Below are positions 37,330 through 51,500 of a DNA stretch of 64,000 nt, in pieces (position 1 is the stretch's first letter; the number at the start of each line of letters is the position of its first letter). A program made the position numbers and the translations under genes. The notes beneath the pieces are model-generated. The model saw nothing but the letters and a program-made list of their open reading frames with translations. It was not told the origin of the DNA and searched no databases. The DNA comes from Trichinella spiralis (lineage: Eukaryota). Location: the NCBI RefSeq assembly GCF_000181795.1, contig NW_003526941.1, forward strand, positions 5,730,540 through 5,794,539, written 5' to 3'.

Positions 37330-37700
37330 TTAAATAAAGCGGTAGACCCGTCGTTGGGTGGTATTGGATAAGGTGAATTGCTTTTCATCTTCTTTCTCTT
37401 TGCTGTAAGGAAAACATGAAAATGTGAGAACAAAAAAATAAGTTTGAGAAGGACAAAAGAACCAGGAAGCAACAACGTGAATGGCTAGCTGCATGCGGTG
37501 AATCACCGTCTTGGATGTCGTCTGGTGGTCTGCTTTCTACGGCTTTGTACTTTGAAAGAACCGCCACTGCGCCAGAAGTTTGAAAATTCGCGCGCATTTC
37601 GACTGATATTAACAGAACTGATTCGTCGTCGACTGCTGTTGCTGCTCAGCGAAGTAGATCTACAGTATTTGTCGCGAGGATTTGAAAAACTGCATCCCAT
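37330..37700 (-). CDS. Possible small basic hypothetical protein starting MGC
   Basis: ttttcag acceptor just upstream (~37723); ORF MGCSFSNPRDKYCRS...RRHPR; plausible intron to the ccttacag acceptor (~37403) adding KEKEDEKQFTLSNTTQRRVYRFI*; GC-richer than flanks. Confidence 0.35.
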
Positions 37701-40700
37701 TTTTAATAAAAATAATTGATATCTGAAAATAAAAATAAAATGCATTTTAAGATAAGCTTTAAAATTGCTGAACAATCTTTCTTAGCGTAAGTATTATAAT
37801 TTGAATAAATAAAAGTGTCGAATTTTGAAACTACTTTCCAAAAAAAAACAAGAGTCTTTTTACAGGATAGACGAAATGGTGATCATGTGCAATTTGAACT
37901 GTACTGTAAAATTGGAAACGTGTAGGTTACTGTAGTACAGGTAGTACGATTAAATTATTGCGGCAGTAGTTTTTATTTCAGCTGCATGCGTCGGTAAAGA
38001 CTAAAGGCGGAAGCGGTGATTTCATTTTTGAACCTGCACAAGAATGATTCAACGGACAAATGTAAGTACATTTTATTTAGTATTGTTATTTATGGTTGAA
38101 AATGTCAATCGTATCTGCGCATTGATGTTGCTTCAGCGAAATCTCCACATATTATTTGTGAATTGTTATCTTTCTTAATTTCAATCATTATGGTAAATGG
38201 TATTATTAACTGACAACTTTACCCGTATACAAGTGATCTTGATGCATATAGAATTTATCACCTAGAAAATAGTTAATAGAGATAAAATAATCGAGTAAAT
38301 GTTTGATAGAGAGATGTGGTTAATTTAAACATTTTTCAATGTACAATTTCTATATATAACTGGAGGAATGTCTGTTTTTCTACTCTTTTTTGGGCATTCA
38401 CGTTTGTGAGCTTTTTGAAGAAATGAATTTATCATGTTAAATTGTAATGTCGAAATCAATTTCTGTTCGGCGCAGGAAGCAGAAAGGTTGATTAGATGAT
38501 TATTTTCGTTTTGCGATAGAAGAGAACAAGTGATGCATTGACAAGAAATTCGAATTGCAATTTTTGGAATCCGTATTTAGATGTATGTGTTTGTTGTTGG
38601 TTGCAATTAAATACCATCCACAGTGGATGGAACTTTTGAAAATTGAGACTGTGCTCGGAATTGGATTTTTTTAAAATACTAATTTAATTATGTAATAAAT
38701 AAAAAATTGTTTATTCTTTGAATATTTAACATTTTAATGGAACCGCAGCTGTCGGCAAGATTCTTTTTCAACATGAACACATGTTTGAAGTTATTTGAAA
38801 TATTTCTACTATTAATTGCATGATTGAAAAGAACACTGACGTTCGACCGAATTATTCAAATGGAAGTTGAGTTATAGATTTTGACGCGTGCAGTGTATTT
38901 GAAATTGTAATCAATCGGTGGTCAAGAAAAATAGGATCAACTTTTAAATGACATGCCACAGTCACTTTAAAATTTGTTCATCTATCAGCAGTAATTATTT
39001 TTCATGCAATGCATGAATTCGTTGTTGTTAGGTGTGTAGATAGAAAAGAAGAAACATTGTTCGAATACAAAATTCTAGATTATTCTAGTTACAATAGTTG
39101 AAACATTTTTGATAATGATGTTGATTTTAATAACAGTGATAGTATTATGCGTTTGAATAATCTCTGTCATTGATTATTGATGATCAAGTTATATTTAATT
39201 GCAATTTGGCAATCAAAGTTCATTTTTTGTAATTTTTGTTTTGTTATTTTTTTAAAATGCAATCATCAGTTGAATATAGTATTTGTTTTTTTTTCTTACC
39301 ATGAAAAGATGTATAAAATATTCATAGCCATCTTGATCAGTAGAACTATTTAATGTTCAGTTCATAATTTTTCTGAATGAACGCTAAATGAACACGTTTT
39401 ATACGTTGTAGCTGAATATTTAAATCACGTCATTCACACACTTTAAATAGAGTAATTGTGAACATTTTTAGATTATTTATTTAAATGAATTTTGAATTGG
39501 CGATTGTTATCTATTCTTTGAGGAGAAAATGTTTTCATACATGTGATTCGCTGAACTGCATAGCTGTTGTTTGTCATTGTGATTAACTTTCTGTTTCGAA
39601 TGATTAGTTTGGAATGAATTTAATTCTTTCCTATAAGAATAAATTAATTTCCAAGTGGAAAATCACTTTTGAAAAGCAACTTATATTTTTGTTGTTGTTA
39701 TTTTTCGAATGAATTATTTATTTAATAATTTAACTTAATTTGAAGTTCATTGAAAATAGAACAGAAAAAGATTATTTAAAATGAATATTGAAAATAAATA
39801 AATAACAATATTACGATAAGGTTGAATAAAGATTTCTTTTTGAAATAAATAGATCACAAGTGCAGTTATGATAAGTAGAAAAAAAAGATACATACACAAA
39901 ATGATGAATGTTGGTGGAATGAAGTTTTCTTTTCGCCGTTGAGATTGTAAAATTGAATGAAATATTATTCTTATTGTTATTAGGCGTTATAGATTAGTGC
40001 AGGGGTGGAAAAGCTTCCTTTTTTTAAACAAGTTGTCCAAGAATAATAAACACGTGAATGATAAAGTCTACTGATAAGCAGAATAAGCGAATATCTAATA
40101 TATATATATGTGATGATCGTAGTAATAAGAATCAAGAAAACAGATATCAGTTCTACAAAGGTGGTCGACAACAATGGACAAAGCAGATGAGTGTGCAAAT
40201 GTAGTTAAGCAGTTGTGGAAGCTTTCTGTTTACTTTCATGCAAAAATATTTCGACGCGATCTTTCTGCTCCTTGGCGATATTAAGCTCTCTCTGATTTGC
40301 TTCTTCTCCAATTCAATTCTATTGGTCAATTGTTCTGCGTTGAACGTTGGGCTTTTTTTTCTGTCTTGATTTTTCAAATGTCAAGTTTTTACAGATGGCG
40401 CAGGAGTGTTCTTCTTTTATGTTTTTTTCTCTTTTGGAATGTATTTTTTTTGTTGTTGTTGTTGCTATTGTTTACTTACTTCTATCATCGATTTAATATT
40501 AAACATAGGAAACATGGTTAAACAAATATTGAATAATCCGAATAATAACGAACAGGAGCGCTGTGGGAAAAATTTTTTCTTCCACATAATATATATATAT
40601 ATATATATAACAATCAAATCTACAGAAATTACACCATCATCGCGATGTTTTTTTTGTAATATTTTTTGTATCATTTTTAAATAATTATTTTGATAAGGAT

Positions 40701-43183
40701 AAATTGATAAAGTGTGGTGATCAGAGTGCTTTGCTCAGTAAAAGCAATTTGAAGAACCATCCAAACGTATTTACAAACTAACTAATTGTTATCAACATCC
40801 CGAAGGTTGGCTGCTCATGACGAGCATTTTCAAAATGAAAAATTTCCTCGTCATTGCAGATTTTACTGGAATACACACTTAGATATATGAAAAATTTTCA
40901 TTTCATATTAACATTTGTTAAGCTATGAGAAAAGGCTATTTTTGTTTTAATATTTCATTACTAGTGAAGTAACGTTTATGCAAGTATTATTGAATTAACT
41001 AATTTTTTTCCAATTCAGCTGTTGTGAATCAATTTCAAATATTCACTATGATGACACTAGTAATTCATATACAAATTTAAATTGGGTGAAAAAGAACAAT
41101 TAACAAATTGGTACGCATGATCATTCAATCCATCTCATACGAGCTATATGACAAAGCTCCTACTTTCTTCACTGCAATTGTATATTTTTGAATGAGGATG
41201 TGAAATCATTCATTTTTGCATATTTGTTTATATTCATTATTGAAAATTGTATACTTTTGTTCATTATTTCTTTATTTTACTTTTTTTACCATTCGTACCA
41301 CAAATATAATTGCAAAAATCTTTTCCCAACTGATAACATGTAATGTGATGTTTTCTTTATTCAGCTAAATATATTGTAAAACTGTAATTATTTGTTACTT
41401 CATCATTTAATAGATTATTGTTATTATTATTGATGAAGAAGTGATGTAAATATACCTTTTTGATGGAAAAAGTTTTGATTAATGAATGCGTGATAAATTT
41501 CCTTTTGAGAAAATGGCAATGAAGATGTTGACGAATTAATAATCATGAATCATTTTCAAAAATCGTTTTTCTTTGAAATTTGTATGTCTATTGGAAATAA
41601 ATCAATAAATTTCCACCGAAACAAATTTAAATTTAAAGTAATCGGCATAGTTGAAAGGTAGAACAGAAAGTTAAAAGCTCAATAGAATTGATAATGTAAG
41701 CAGCAAAAATATGATGAAAATTTCCCCCATCATTTGACAGTTTCAATTAATCGAAAATAATGTTAAATTTATTATTCATGGAGAATTTATTATTATTTTT
41801 TTCTTTCACATTTGCATCTCTTGAGAACTTTTGCTATCTATATATTTGTTTTTGTTTTTCCCAAAAATAAATTTTCATTTCTATGCAATTTGATTGTGCA
41901 AATTTTTACTTTTCTCATCTTCTTTTTTTGCATGCTGTTGCATGAATGTTGATTTTTCACAGTGTAGCAAATAATATACGATGAATATGAATCCTTAAAA
42001 AGCAGGAAACAGACCAACAGTATTCTCAAGTAGCATCAATATTTTTGCATGTATGGAATGTAATGCTTTCCTCTTTCTTATCGAAGGATGTTTGAAATGG
42101 AAAAAGTGAATGATTTAATGTAAAATTTATTCTAATCCATAAATTACTAAAAATTTCAACTTTGTTCCTTGTTTTTCTTGAATATGTTGTACTTGTTTTT
42201 CAAATGATATCATGTGTGGTAAATTGTTGTTGTTGTTGTTGTTGATTTTTTTATTTATGGAAATTTCTTTGAAAAGCGCGTGTTGAAGCATTTTTAATGT
42301 GATTGATTTATGCTTCAGTGAAGTTGAAAGAACAAAATTGCATATGAGAATGCTTTTTTGACAAAAACGGTGAAAGCATATCAACATCCAAAGGTGAGGA
42401 GTAAAAAAAATTTTTTTTTGAAACAAAACACAAACCAGAGCAAGAGGTGCATCTGGTGTCGGTTGGTTTGCATTTGACACTGGTGAGAGGATCTCGTGCA
42501 ATATGTGGAAATTTTATTGAACAATTTCATAAACAATGTTGGAAAAATCCTTGTCAGTTGTTCAATAAATCAACGAGGGGCGGCAATTTTGCTTTTCCAC
42601 TCGCGGATCTTCTCAACTGATGCATGTGATTAAAAAAGTAATAATGCAGGAAAATGGCGGAAAATGTTTCTTATGCTTTGAAGAGTATTCTTTTTTTAAA
42701 AAAAAATTAAAATAAATGAAACATGCCATTAAGTGAGTTTGAAAGCAGCGAAATGAAAAATTCTACTTTGTTTTTGCTCTTCTGCTGATTAGCTGCCATT
42801 TTCAATATGTAAATTGCAGAAAGCGGAAAATTTTTTCGCTTAATCAAGATTGGCAGTGTTTTAAAATGAGAAATGACACACACGCACACATCTAATTTAT
42901 TTTCTTCTTTACGGATGAGAATATTCATCTTTTTCTGCCTTATTATTTTTTCAAGTGGTAAATCATTGTTGACTGATAATTGAATTTTTTCATATCTTTT
43001 CGTGAAAGGTAATTTTTTTCACACACAATTTGAAAATGGACGTTCTTTTTCTGTTCTAACATCGATGAAGGTGATATTCTTTTCATCCATTTTTTGTATA
43101 TCTCATTTCAAATTCTTCTATGCATGTATGAAATAATTTCACTGCTCCAAAGTACAATAAGGCAGTTTATTATTCCAATGGGT

Positions 43184-43210
43184 AGAATAGAACAGAATAG
43201 AATAGAATAG
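43184..43210 (+). repeat. (AGAAT)n pentanucleotide microsatellite
   Basis: tagaatagaacagaatagaatagaatag. Confidence 0.7.
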
Positions 43211-46200
43211 ATCTGATACTTTTCCTATGTTTGTTCAAGTAATTAATAAGAATAAACACAGTAAGCCAGCACGTGGTATTTTTAAAAATTTTAATTATGC
43301 AATTGAAAGCTTAATTTGCTTTTGCAATCAGAAGTGCAATGACAATGTTTATAATTGATTTTATGCGATCACTTATTCACGAGAATTTGATTGGAAAAGT
43401 AAATTTTCGTATCGAAGTTGTCTGTATTTGGTTATTTATACTTTTCATAATTTTCTATTTAATCTTCTACCGTTTGTTTAATTGATGCTTTTAAGTTTGT
43501 ACATGTTATTTTATATTATATTATATTTTATTTTATCCATTACACAAGTTCACCTATTGGAAATGTTTGATTTTTCAATGGTAAATAAGGAAGAAGCTTA
43601 AATGTATTAATCTGTTATTATTGTTATTATTTGTAATTGATTGATGTTGAATTATTTTTTGTTGAAAAGTGAAACTGTTCAATTTAAAATGTTGAAATAA
43701 AGTAGAGTTTTTTATAATTATTTCTGTAAATGTTGTGAGAATAGAAAAAATCCAATCTCAGAGGTTTTTTGAGAAAATTGACAGATTAATAAATAATATT
43801 GTCATCATAAATTACTTGAAACAGAAGTTCTAAAACTTTGAAGAGCAAAAATGAAAATGAAAAATTCGATCTTATTAAAAAAACATAATAATAAATGGAA
43901 AACTCATCCAATAGCAACAATTCGTAGCTCAGTTCTGCCTTGTACTACCACGATTGGAAATGAATTATTTTTTTTGCTTTTGTCTTCTTGCTCATTTACA
44001 TAATAGTGTTATTCATTTTTTCTTTTATTTTGGATAAAATATTTTCAGTTATTTTTCAAACTTTGAAAAATTGCATTTATCAAAATGACAAATGCAAAAA
44101 GTAAATGATGAAAAATTAATAAATTTAGCTAATAATTTTCTGAAACATATGCCAACATTGATTAGGGAAATTTAATAAATGAATAATAGAAAACTCCATT
44201 TCCTTCTTAAAAATTATTTCTTCAATTGAAAATTTAATTAAACAATTTTTTCTTATATTCATTATAAATTTTTATTTCAATTGGTTTTCACATGGAAAAT
44301 GAGTTGAAATATTATTTGATCAACATTGTTTATACTAAATTTAAAGTTTCATTATTAGAACCTGTGACAATTATAGTGATTATGGATTTTCAAATTTGAC
44401 AGATTCAAAATTCCAATTCAACTATCCCCTTTTCACCTTTTTCATGCGGTGTTGAAAAATACTTTTACTGGAAGGCGGCAGTTTATGGATTTTTTCCACT
44501 GTCATGCAGGTGGGATCACTTTGTGCTTTTTTTTATTGAAATCGCATAATTTAAAATCACATCTACGCTTACGGCTTATGCCTAGCCAGCCGAATAATTG
44601 TGCTTTATTCAACAGCTTCCACACAGATGGTCGTGCAATGCACAGCAGCTGATGTTAATCTGTTAATTTTTACCTTCGAAGAGAGTCATGTTTCACGGTT
44701 TTTAAGTTTCAAATAATAAGTAATTTTTCAAATAAATTTACTCCAATTTGTTCAACACTATTAGTACTAATAATACACTTGTTTTGTTAGCTTGAAAACA
44801 ATAATTGACTTGAAAAAGTTAATATCATTGTAACATTTCTGTTCGTCTGTGTTTTTGTAAATTACAATAATTCCACTGCTGCTTGAAGATTAATCTGATA
44901 AATGCAAATTTTACAATTTTAACTTTTTTGACCATGTACATATAAACAGACTGAATTATTGAAAAAAAAACATTGCAAAGCGTAGAATTCTACTGTGTAA
45001 TAAATAAATAAATAAATAAAATATACATGTATAATTTTTCAGTAAATATATTTTTTCTGAAAAAAAAACAGAAACTTGATCAAATTGTGAAATGCGTTTG
45101 CTGCAATGTGAAACAATATCTATTGATTTTCATAAGCTGATTCATCGACAACAAATTTAATATGCATATATTTTATTTCTTTGATGTATCTTTTTCGATG
45201 TAAATGTTGTTTCAAATTTGGAAAAATAAAGTGCAGACACTTGGATAAAAATGATATTTTTATACAATTATTATAGTCAAAGCATTTGTTGGGTTGTTTG
45301 CCTATTTATTATAAGTTGAAAGTTTCGAATTTTTATCAGATTGATTTTACTCAGTTTAAAAAATGCCATCCTCTTTCAGTTATATAATTATTCTTCATTT
45401 AGTATATAATTTGTTATTTATTTATTGCTAGTGACGTTCTACTAAATTTTGCATTTTATAACAAACAAACACAAATATTCATTGTTGTCCAATTATGCTT
45501 TACAAGCACATTATGGACATTGTTAATTGGTGAGCAACGGCCCTCGTTGATTGTTGTCCACGAGTTTTCAAACTGATAGAGAATGATGTATTTTTTAACA
45601 TCCATGTATATATATTGTTTATTTATGAACAATTTAATAAACACGAGTTTAAACTGAAGGTATTTAATTTTTCTGAAACAGCATCAACAATGGCCACTGC
45701 ATTGTAATTTAGATATGAAAATTGTAAAAGTAAATTGTTTTTGCATACCTGTAAAAAAGAAGATCAAATTTCTATGAATAAGTATCGGTAATTGCAACAA
45801 CGACAACAACAACAACAACGATGAGCTTGATGAATATATAGAATCAAGTGCTTGTTTAATGAAATTGTTTTAATAAATAGATTGTCTTTGTTGAATTGCT
45901 CGCATTTGTAGTAAAGTGTCATCTTTCGGTCTGTCGATATTGATTTTCCTGCTTGATCAACTATGCTCTTCGTTTGTTTTTAAATAATTCTTGCCCTTTT
46001 TATCGACAGTGACGCTGTCAGTTTTGGTATGCAAGCTGGATAATTTTCACAATCATCATTCACATTTATTGCAATTTATTCAACGTCATCATTTTTTGGC
46101 TTGAGCATTTTGTTTTGTATAGCAATTTTCCCAATCAATCCAATCTTTATTCAGTCATTTTGCCTAAAATATTTTCACTCGTCATTTTCGTAAACATATT

Positions 46201-46600
46201 TTCGTAAAAAAATATTGATTTCCTACATGCTCAAGGCAGTATTATAAATGCTGGAAGCGCACATTTTGTTGTTCAGTATGCTGTACGGCATTGGACTGGA
46301 CTTTATGTCTTTAAGACTTTAGGATTTACGCTTATTAAATTTGAATTTCAAAACAGTGAGTAATGGCTGGAATTATTTATGAAATACAAAAATCTAAATT
46401 TATATTTAGAATAAATTGAAAATGAATTGGTTAGAAAGTTAGATGAAATTAGTTGAAGAAGTAAATTTAGTTGCCATTATTATAATTCTGAAAAATAATT
46501 GTTTATTATTCCTTAATTAAAATTGCTAAACTGAAGAAAGGTGCAACAACAAATGAAACAGTTGCATGATGACAGCAATTTGCTATACTTGATGACTCCT

Positions 46601-48556
46601 TGATAGAGAACATTAGCCGGTAGTAAATAGTAAGTTTCAATCACATCTGAACATCTCTCACAGGGTCATTGTCATCGGCGCCCATAGCAAGGCTTCATTA
46701 CGTCAAACTAAATTCAAATACCTGCATCACCGGAGATACATACGAATTCATTTGGTGCAACGTCCACCAAATATAAACAACGGACAGGGTCATTGTGTAA
46801 TGACAAGTGTTTATATTAAAGCAAATTTAAAATTTGACAAAGCTGCAATTACATTTTCTCCTCAAACAGATTGCATTAGTTAAGAAAATAAAGCGCAATG
46901 AAAAATATGCACTACTCTCATCAGTATCAGCAGAAACGAATGAAATAAAAATTTGCATACGAGGTCGTCCACTTTATTGACATATTGGAAATAATTTTAG
47001 TTTGAGGCCGTCCGTGTATTTGAGCGGTGCGTTCTCATTGGAAAATTCACTGAAGACCAATATCAAATACCAAACACTAAATATGCTTTTTATTTTAATT
47101 ATTATTTTTTGGAATAATTTCTGAAAAATAATTTTGCAATCAATATCCAAAGACAATGAACATCAGCAATGGGAAGATGACGAATTAAGCAGTAAGTGGC
47201 AGTTTTATCATTTTTAAGTCTTAATCATTTAACAATGCAATCGAGAATCTATATTCAGCATACTTTTTCAATATATTATTCTCTATGAAGAATTCTCAAT
47301 GGCTTTTGCCGGCAAATTTTTCACTTAAAATTAGCTTCATTTGAGCTACTTGGTTTTCTGACATGAGAAAATTTTTAGACATACGTAGGCGTGTTTTGAC
47401 TATATCAATGTTTTTATTATGGTGTGTTCTGCCAGATAGTTTATATTTTGACTGAATTGTAAACGTTAAGGTCATTTTTGAAAATTCAAATAGTCCTTAT
47501 TGGTAGAATTGAACAGTGCATTTCTCCTGTTCATATTACATTTACGGCATAGGTTAGAATTTATCTTCAGTAAGAAGCTTCAATGCACAAAAACCGGTTT
47601 TCAGCGCTGCGCTATGCAAATAACGATCGCCATAAAGGTGCCTTATCGTCAGTTAGGGCGCACTCGTTCGTTTGACTTACGTGGCAAGTGGTAGCGTTGT
47701 AAAATGTTCTCTGACTACATGACGCTGAACAGTTGCTGAAGTCTATTTTCAATTGCTGAAAGCGAACATCTTTTTCTACTTGTGCTACTTTTCTTAAAAA
47801 CATTTGAATGCTCATTTTTTTTAATAATTATATTTCAATTAACAAGCACTTAATTATCATATTCGTTATAAGTCTACTTTGTAATAAAATCAGAGCAGTT
47901 TTGATATAATATATCATTTTTACAGGTAAAACTAATGAAGCAAATAGAAAGTGAAAATGCGGAAGACACAAACCAAACCACGGACGACAAGAAGCAGAAC
48001 GAGAGAAGACAAGAGGTAAATGTGATTTCTTGAATGTGCTGGCTCTGTGAGCCATGGCGTAGGATACTTCGATAGGGTGAAGGTATTCCTTAGTTTAATT
48101 AAATTGCCTAAGTTTGTAGTGAGCAATAGATAAGTAAGATATTTTCTTCTGTAAAACTGTACTTTTTGTTTTTCAAATTATGTTAATATGAGGTAAGATT
48201 TCATCTTTGCAACAATTTCTATATCACTAAAGCCGCTTTTAATGCTGCACGCTTAGTGCTTGCCATGAAACACATCAGCATCCATTGAAAATAATCTTTT
48301 CATTAACTAAACAAGCTGTCACAAATTATTCAATTGAATAGAGGGAGTCTTTATGTATCAGAAATCAACTTCCATTTATGTAGGACATTTTTGAAATTTG
48401 AAATCTCAAATTCAAACGTGCGGAGGCGTGTTTTGACTAAGTCAATGTTTTTATTATGGTGTTTTCTGCCAGATAGTTTATATTTTGATTGAATTGTAAA
48501 CGTTAAGGTCATTTTTGAATTTTCAAATAGTCCTTATTGGTAGAATTGAACAGTGC
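46601..48556 (+). repeat. Dispersed repeat copy: ~860-bp leader, one full ~1.04-kb unit and the start of the next unit
   Basis: Matches 3987-5533. aaacgttaaggtcatttttgaa occurs at ~47461 and again at ~48498. Truncated by a gap. Confidence 0.9.
47926..48015 (+). pseudogene. Degenerate 90-nt mini-exon of the repeat with an in-frame TGA
   Basis: tacag|GT AAA ACT AAT GAA GCA AAT AGA AAG TGA AAA TGC GGA AGA CAC...AGA G|gtaaat; same TGA in the copy at 5299-5386. Confidence 0.4.
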
Positions 48557-48566
48557 NNNNNNNNNN

Positions 48567-51500
48567 GCGCAAAAATAGACCTAGCTTTTTATTGTTAACT
48601 TTCGCCTTCGCATGCAATCTGTCGGCTGTGTGTAAGTAAAAGTGATGTGAAGCTTGCCGGATTGTGATCACATATGGTCCCCGGATATATCCCAAGACTT
48701 CACTTATGCATGACCATAAATGATAACGATCCACTAGCCAAACGGGATTTCAGATTATTGCATGTGTTCAATTTGGCCAACGTAAATTCAATTAGCAGTC
48801 AATCACTAACAGCGGGGGTAGCAGGGCACAGCTTTCAGCACAAAGAGCGACGCTACACGTCTGGTTTACAACAGCAAAGAGTCATTCTGAGTTTGTGTGG
48901 AGGACCGGAGAGACGACATCGACAAACCATCGACACCGCCCAAATGGTGCAGTTGACCAACGATCGTCTGGGCTGTACCGGTGACATGCGGCGTCTGGAC
49001 GACCCGTCTTTCGACGTCGCAACAGCCTGCTGGAGAAGAACCGGCGCCAGCAGGGCACCGGCGTCGCACTGGTCCGCCACCAGCATCTCCTTGAATCCGA
49101 GCAAATTGCTCTTCACCACCATCGAGAGGTGTGTACTTCCACGCAGCACTTCCAAAGCTCGATGTCGTGCAATGTTTCGAAAATTGTGCCCGTTCACTTC
49201 GATTATCTGCAAGAAAACGGAAAAAATAATCAAAAAAAATTAACCAACCAACGAAGTGCAAATACAACAACAGAGTAGAAACAGAAAATATTTCCGCCTC
49301 TTTCGGCAAGCTCACTTGTTGAATAATAAATAACATTGATCACAAGGGTAAAAATACCAAAAAAAAGGGGGATTACTCATCGTGAAAGAAAGACATCCCA
49401 CGGACTGTATTTTTGTAATCAATTCAAACGGAACAAAGTATGCTGACTAATGAATGAATGAATGAATGAATATGGAATATTTTGTTTACCCTACTTGATT
49501 AAAATGATGCCGAAAAAAGAAAATTTAAGCCCCATAAAAAGCTGCATTGATCATTGCAGAATTGATCACATTACAAATTTAGAAAACAAACAAATTTGAA
49601 ACGATGCGGAAAAAAAATCAAACATGACAGCGACTAGGAAAATACGTGAAAATTCAACAGTGCAAAACAGAAGAAGGAAAAAATATCCAACTTGCATAAT
49701 ATATGTATGTTTAAACGATGAATGAATGAAATGATTCATTCAAAGTTCGATGATCACGTATTGATTGATCATGTTTCAAGTGGGAAAAATCAACAAATCA
49801 ACAAATAGCATACCTGATCACCACGTTTGAGACCGACTCGTTCAGCTGCCGAACCTGCGGCTACTTTGACCACATATATGCCGTTGTTTTTCTCGGTTCC
49901 ACCAAGAATAGAAAAATGCAATACTTCATCTCTGTTCGATCTCGTATAAGTGACATTTCTGGTACGCGATTTTACACTGCATGCAATGTTCAGCAGTTGT
50001 TGATGATTGAACATAGCCTATAATATTATTGTGGAAAAAAAATAAATGTATTGTGCATAAAATACAACACAAAAGGGAAAGAAAAGATTTTTTTTTTCAC
50101 CTCATCTTCTAGCATTTTGTCAAATTTTTCCAACAAATTTGTCATTTCAGCGTTCGATTCAAAATCACCGAAATGATTGTTCACCCAAAGCAGCACAAGT
50201 CTGGCAACCTGAGCAAAAGGAAAAAAAAAGAAATAAAATTTACATATATGAAAATGGAATAATGGACAAACTTTTTCCCTTTTGGACGGTTCGGAAAAGC
50301 AGGCGAGAATCTTCTCGAGCACTTCGGCCGGATTGTCGACAAAAGTGCGATAAGTGAGCAGAAAATCTTCGACAAAATGAGGATCGACAACACAATCGCG
50401 ACGATCTTCGAACAACGCCGATATCAGCTTGCAAGGCTTAGCTTTGGTAAGAACGTAACCAACTCGACTTTCGAAAGCTCTGCAAACAACAAATGACCAC
50501 CAAAAACAAACAAACAAATAAATTACCGTTTCTCTTTCTCGCAAACAACTTGACCGGCAGAATCGAGTTGTCTGGTGTAGCTGTCGGATAATTTGGAAAT
50601 GATCTGGACATAATCGGCTTGGGCGACTAGAACAAATTGGCAATCGTCGACCAGAGTGCGCATTTCACCTTGGTGAAATTGAACTTGTTCAGTCGGTTGT
50701 ACGCCGAAACAATCACCAATATGATATTCGTACCGATGACCATCCGGAAACACAACTTCCACTTCACCATTGATGACAACAGACCTGGAAGTGATGGTGA
50801 TGATCATTAATAATCATAATTTCACATAAATTTTACCATGAATCAAGCTGTTCGCCGTGCTTCATCACAATGGTGCCAGCTTTGTCGACAACCGCAAATA
50901 CCATCTTACGACAAAGCTCACATTTGACATAAATTGGCAAACTGGCAAAGCTGGACATGTGCTGGACAAAGTCGAGCAAAATGGCAATGTCATCGTCGGT
51001 TCGTTCAGTTGGTAATTTTTCCAAACATTCACGAACCAAATCCCGCATATGGCCAGTAAACGACGATTCTGCATACAAGCAACATCCTTCTTCTTCTTCT
51101 TCTTCTTCTTCCTCCTCCTCGTCTTCTTCTTCTAATTCCGCTTCATCGTCATCTTCGTCGTCACTGTCGACACTGATTTCCGGCAAGCCGGAAAAATCAT
51201 CGTCGGACATTGTGGTCGACGATGTCGACGGTATGGCAGCGATGGGCTTGAAACCCGAAACTCGACCTCCGGCTGAACTACTGCCAGAGCTACGGATGGA
51301 ATTCGACCGTCGAATCATGGCCAGTGTACCACCGTGGCGATGCTGCTGCTGTTGGGACGACGACAAACGTCGATTGGGTAACAAGTTGGACGGGATTTCA
51401 GCCGCGGTACTCTGCAATACACAGATATATAATACATAATATGTGTGAAAAGAAGAATAAACGAATGGAATATAGATATTACAATTTCAACTTCGTCCAC

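Noticed and set aside
48567..48930. Transposon/LTR insertion disrupting the RAPGEF exon
   Set aside because: A usable ATG|gtttgt donor exists at ~48928, of a type used in other genes here, so the sequence is simply explained as intron; no element hallmarks.
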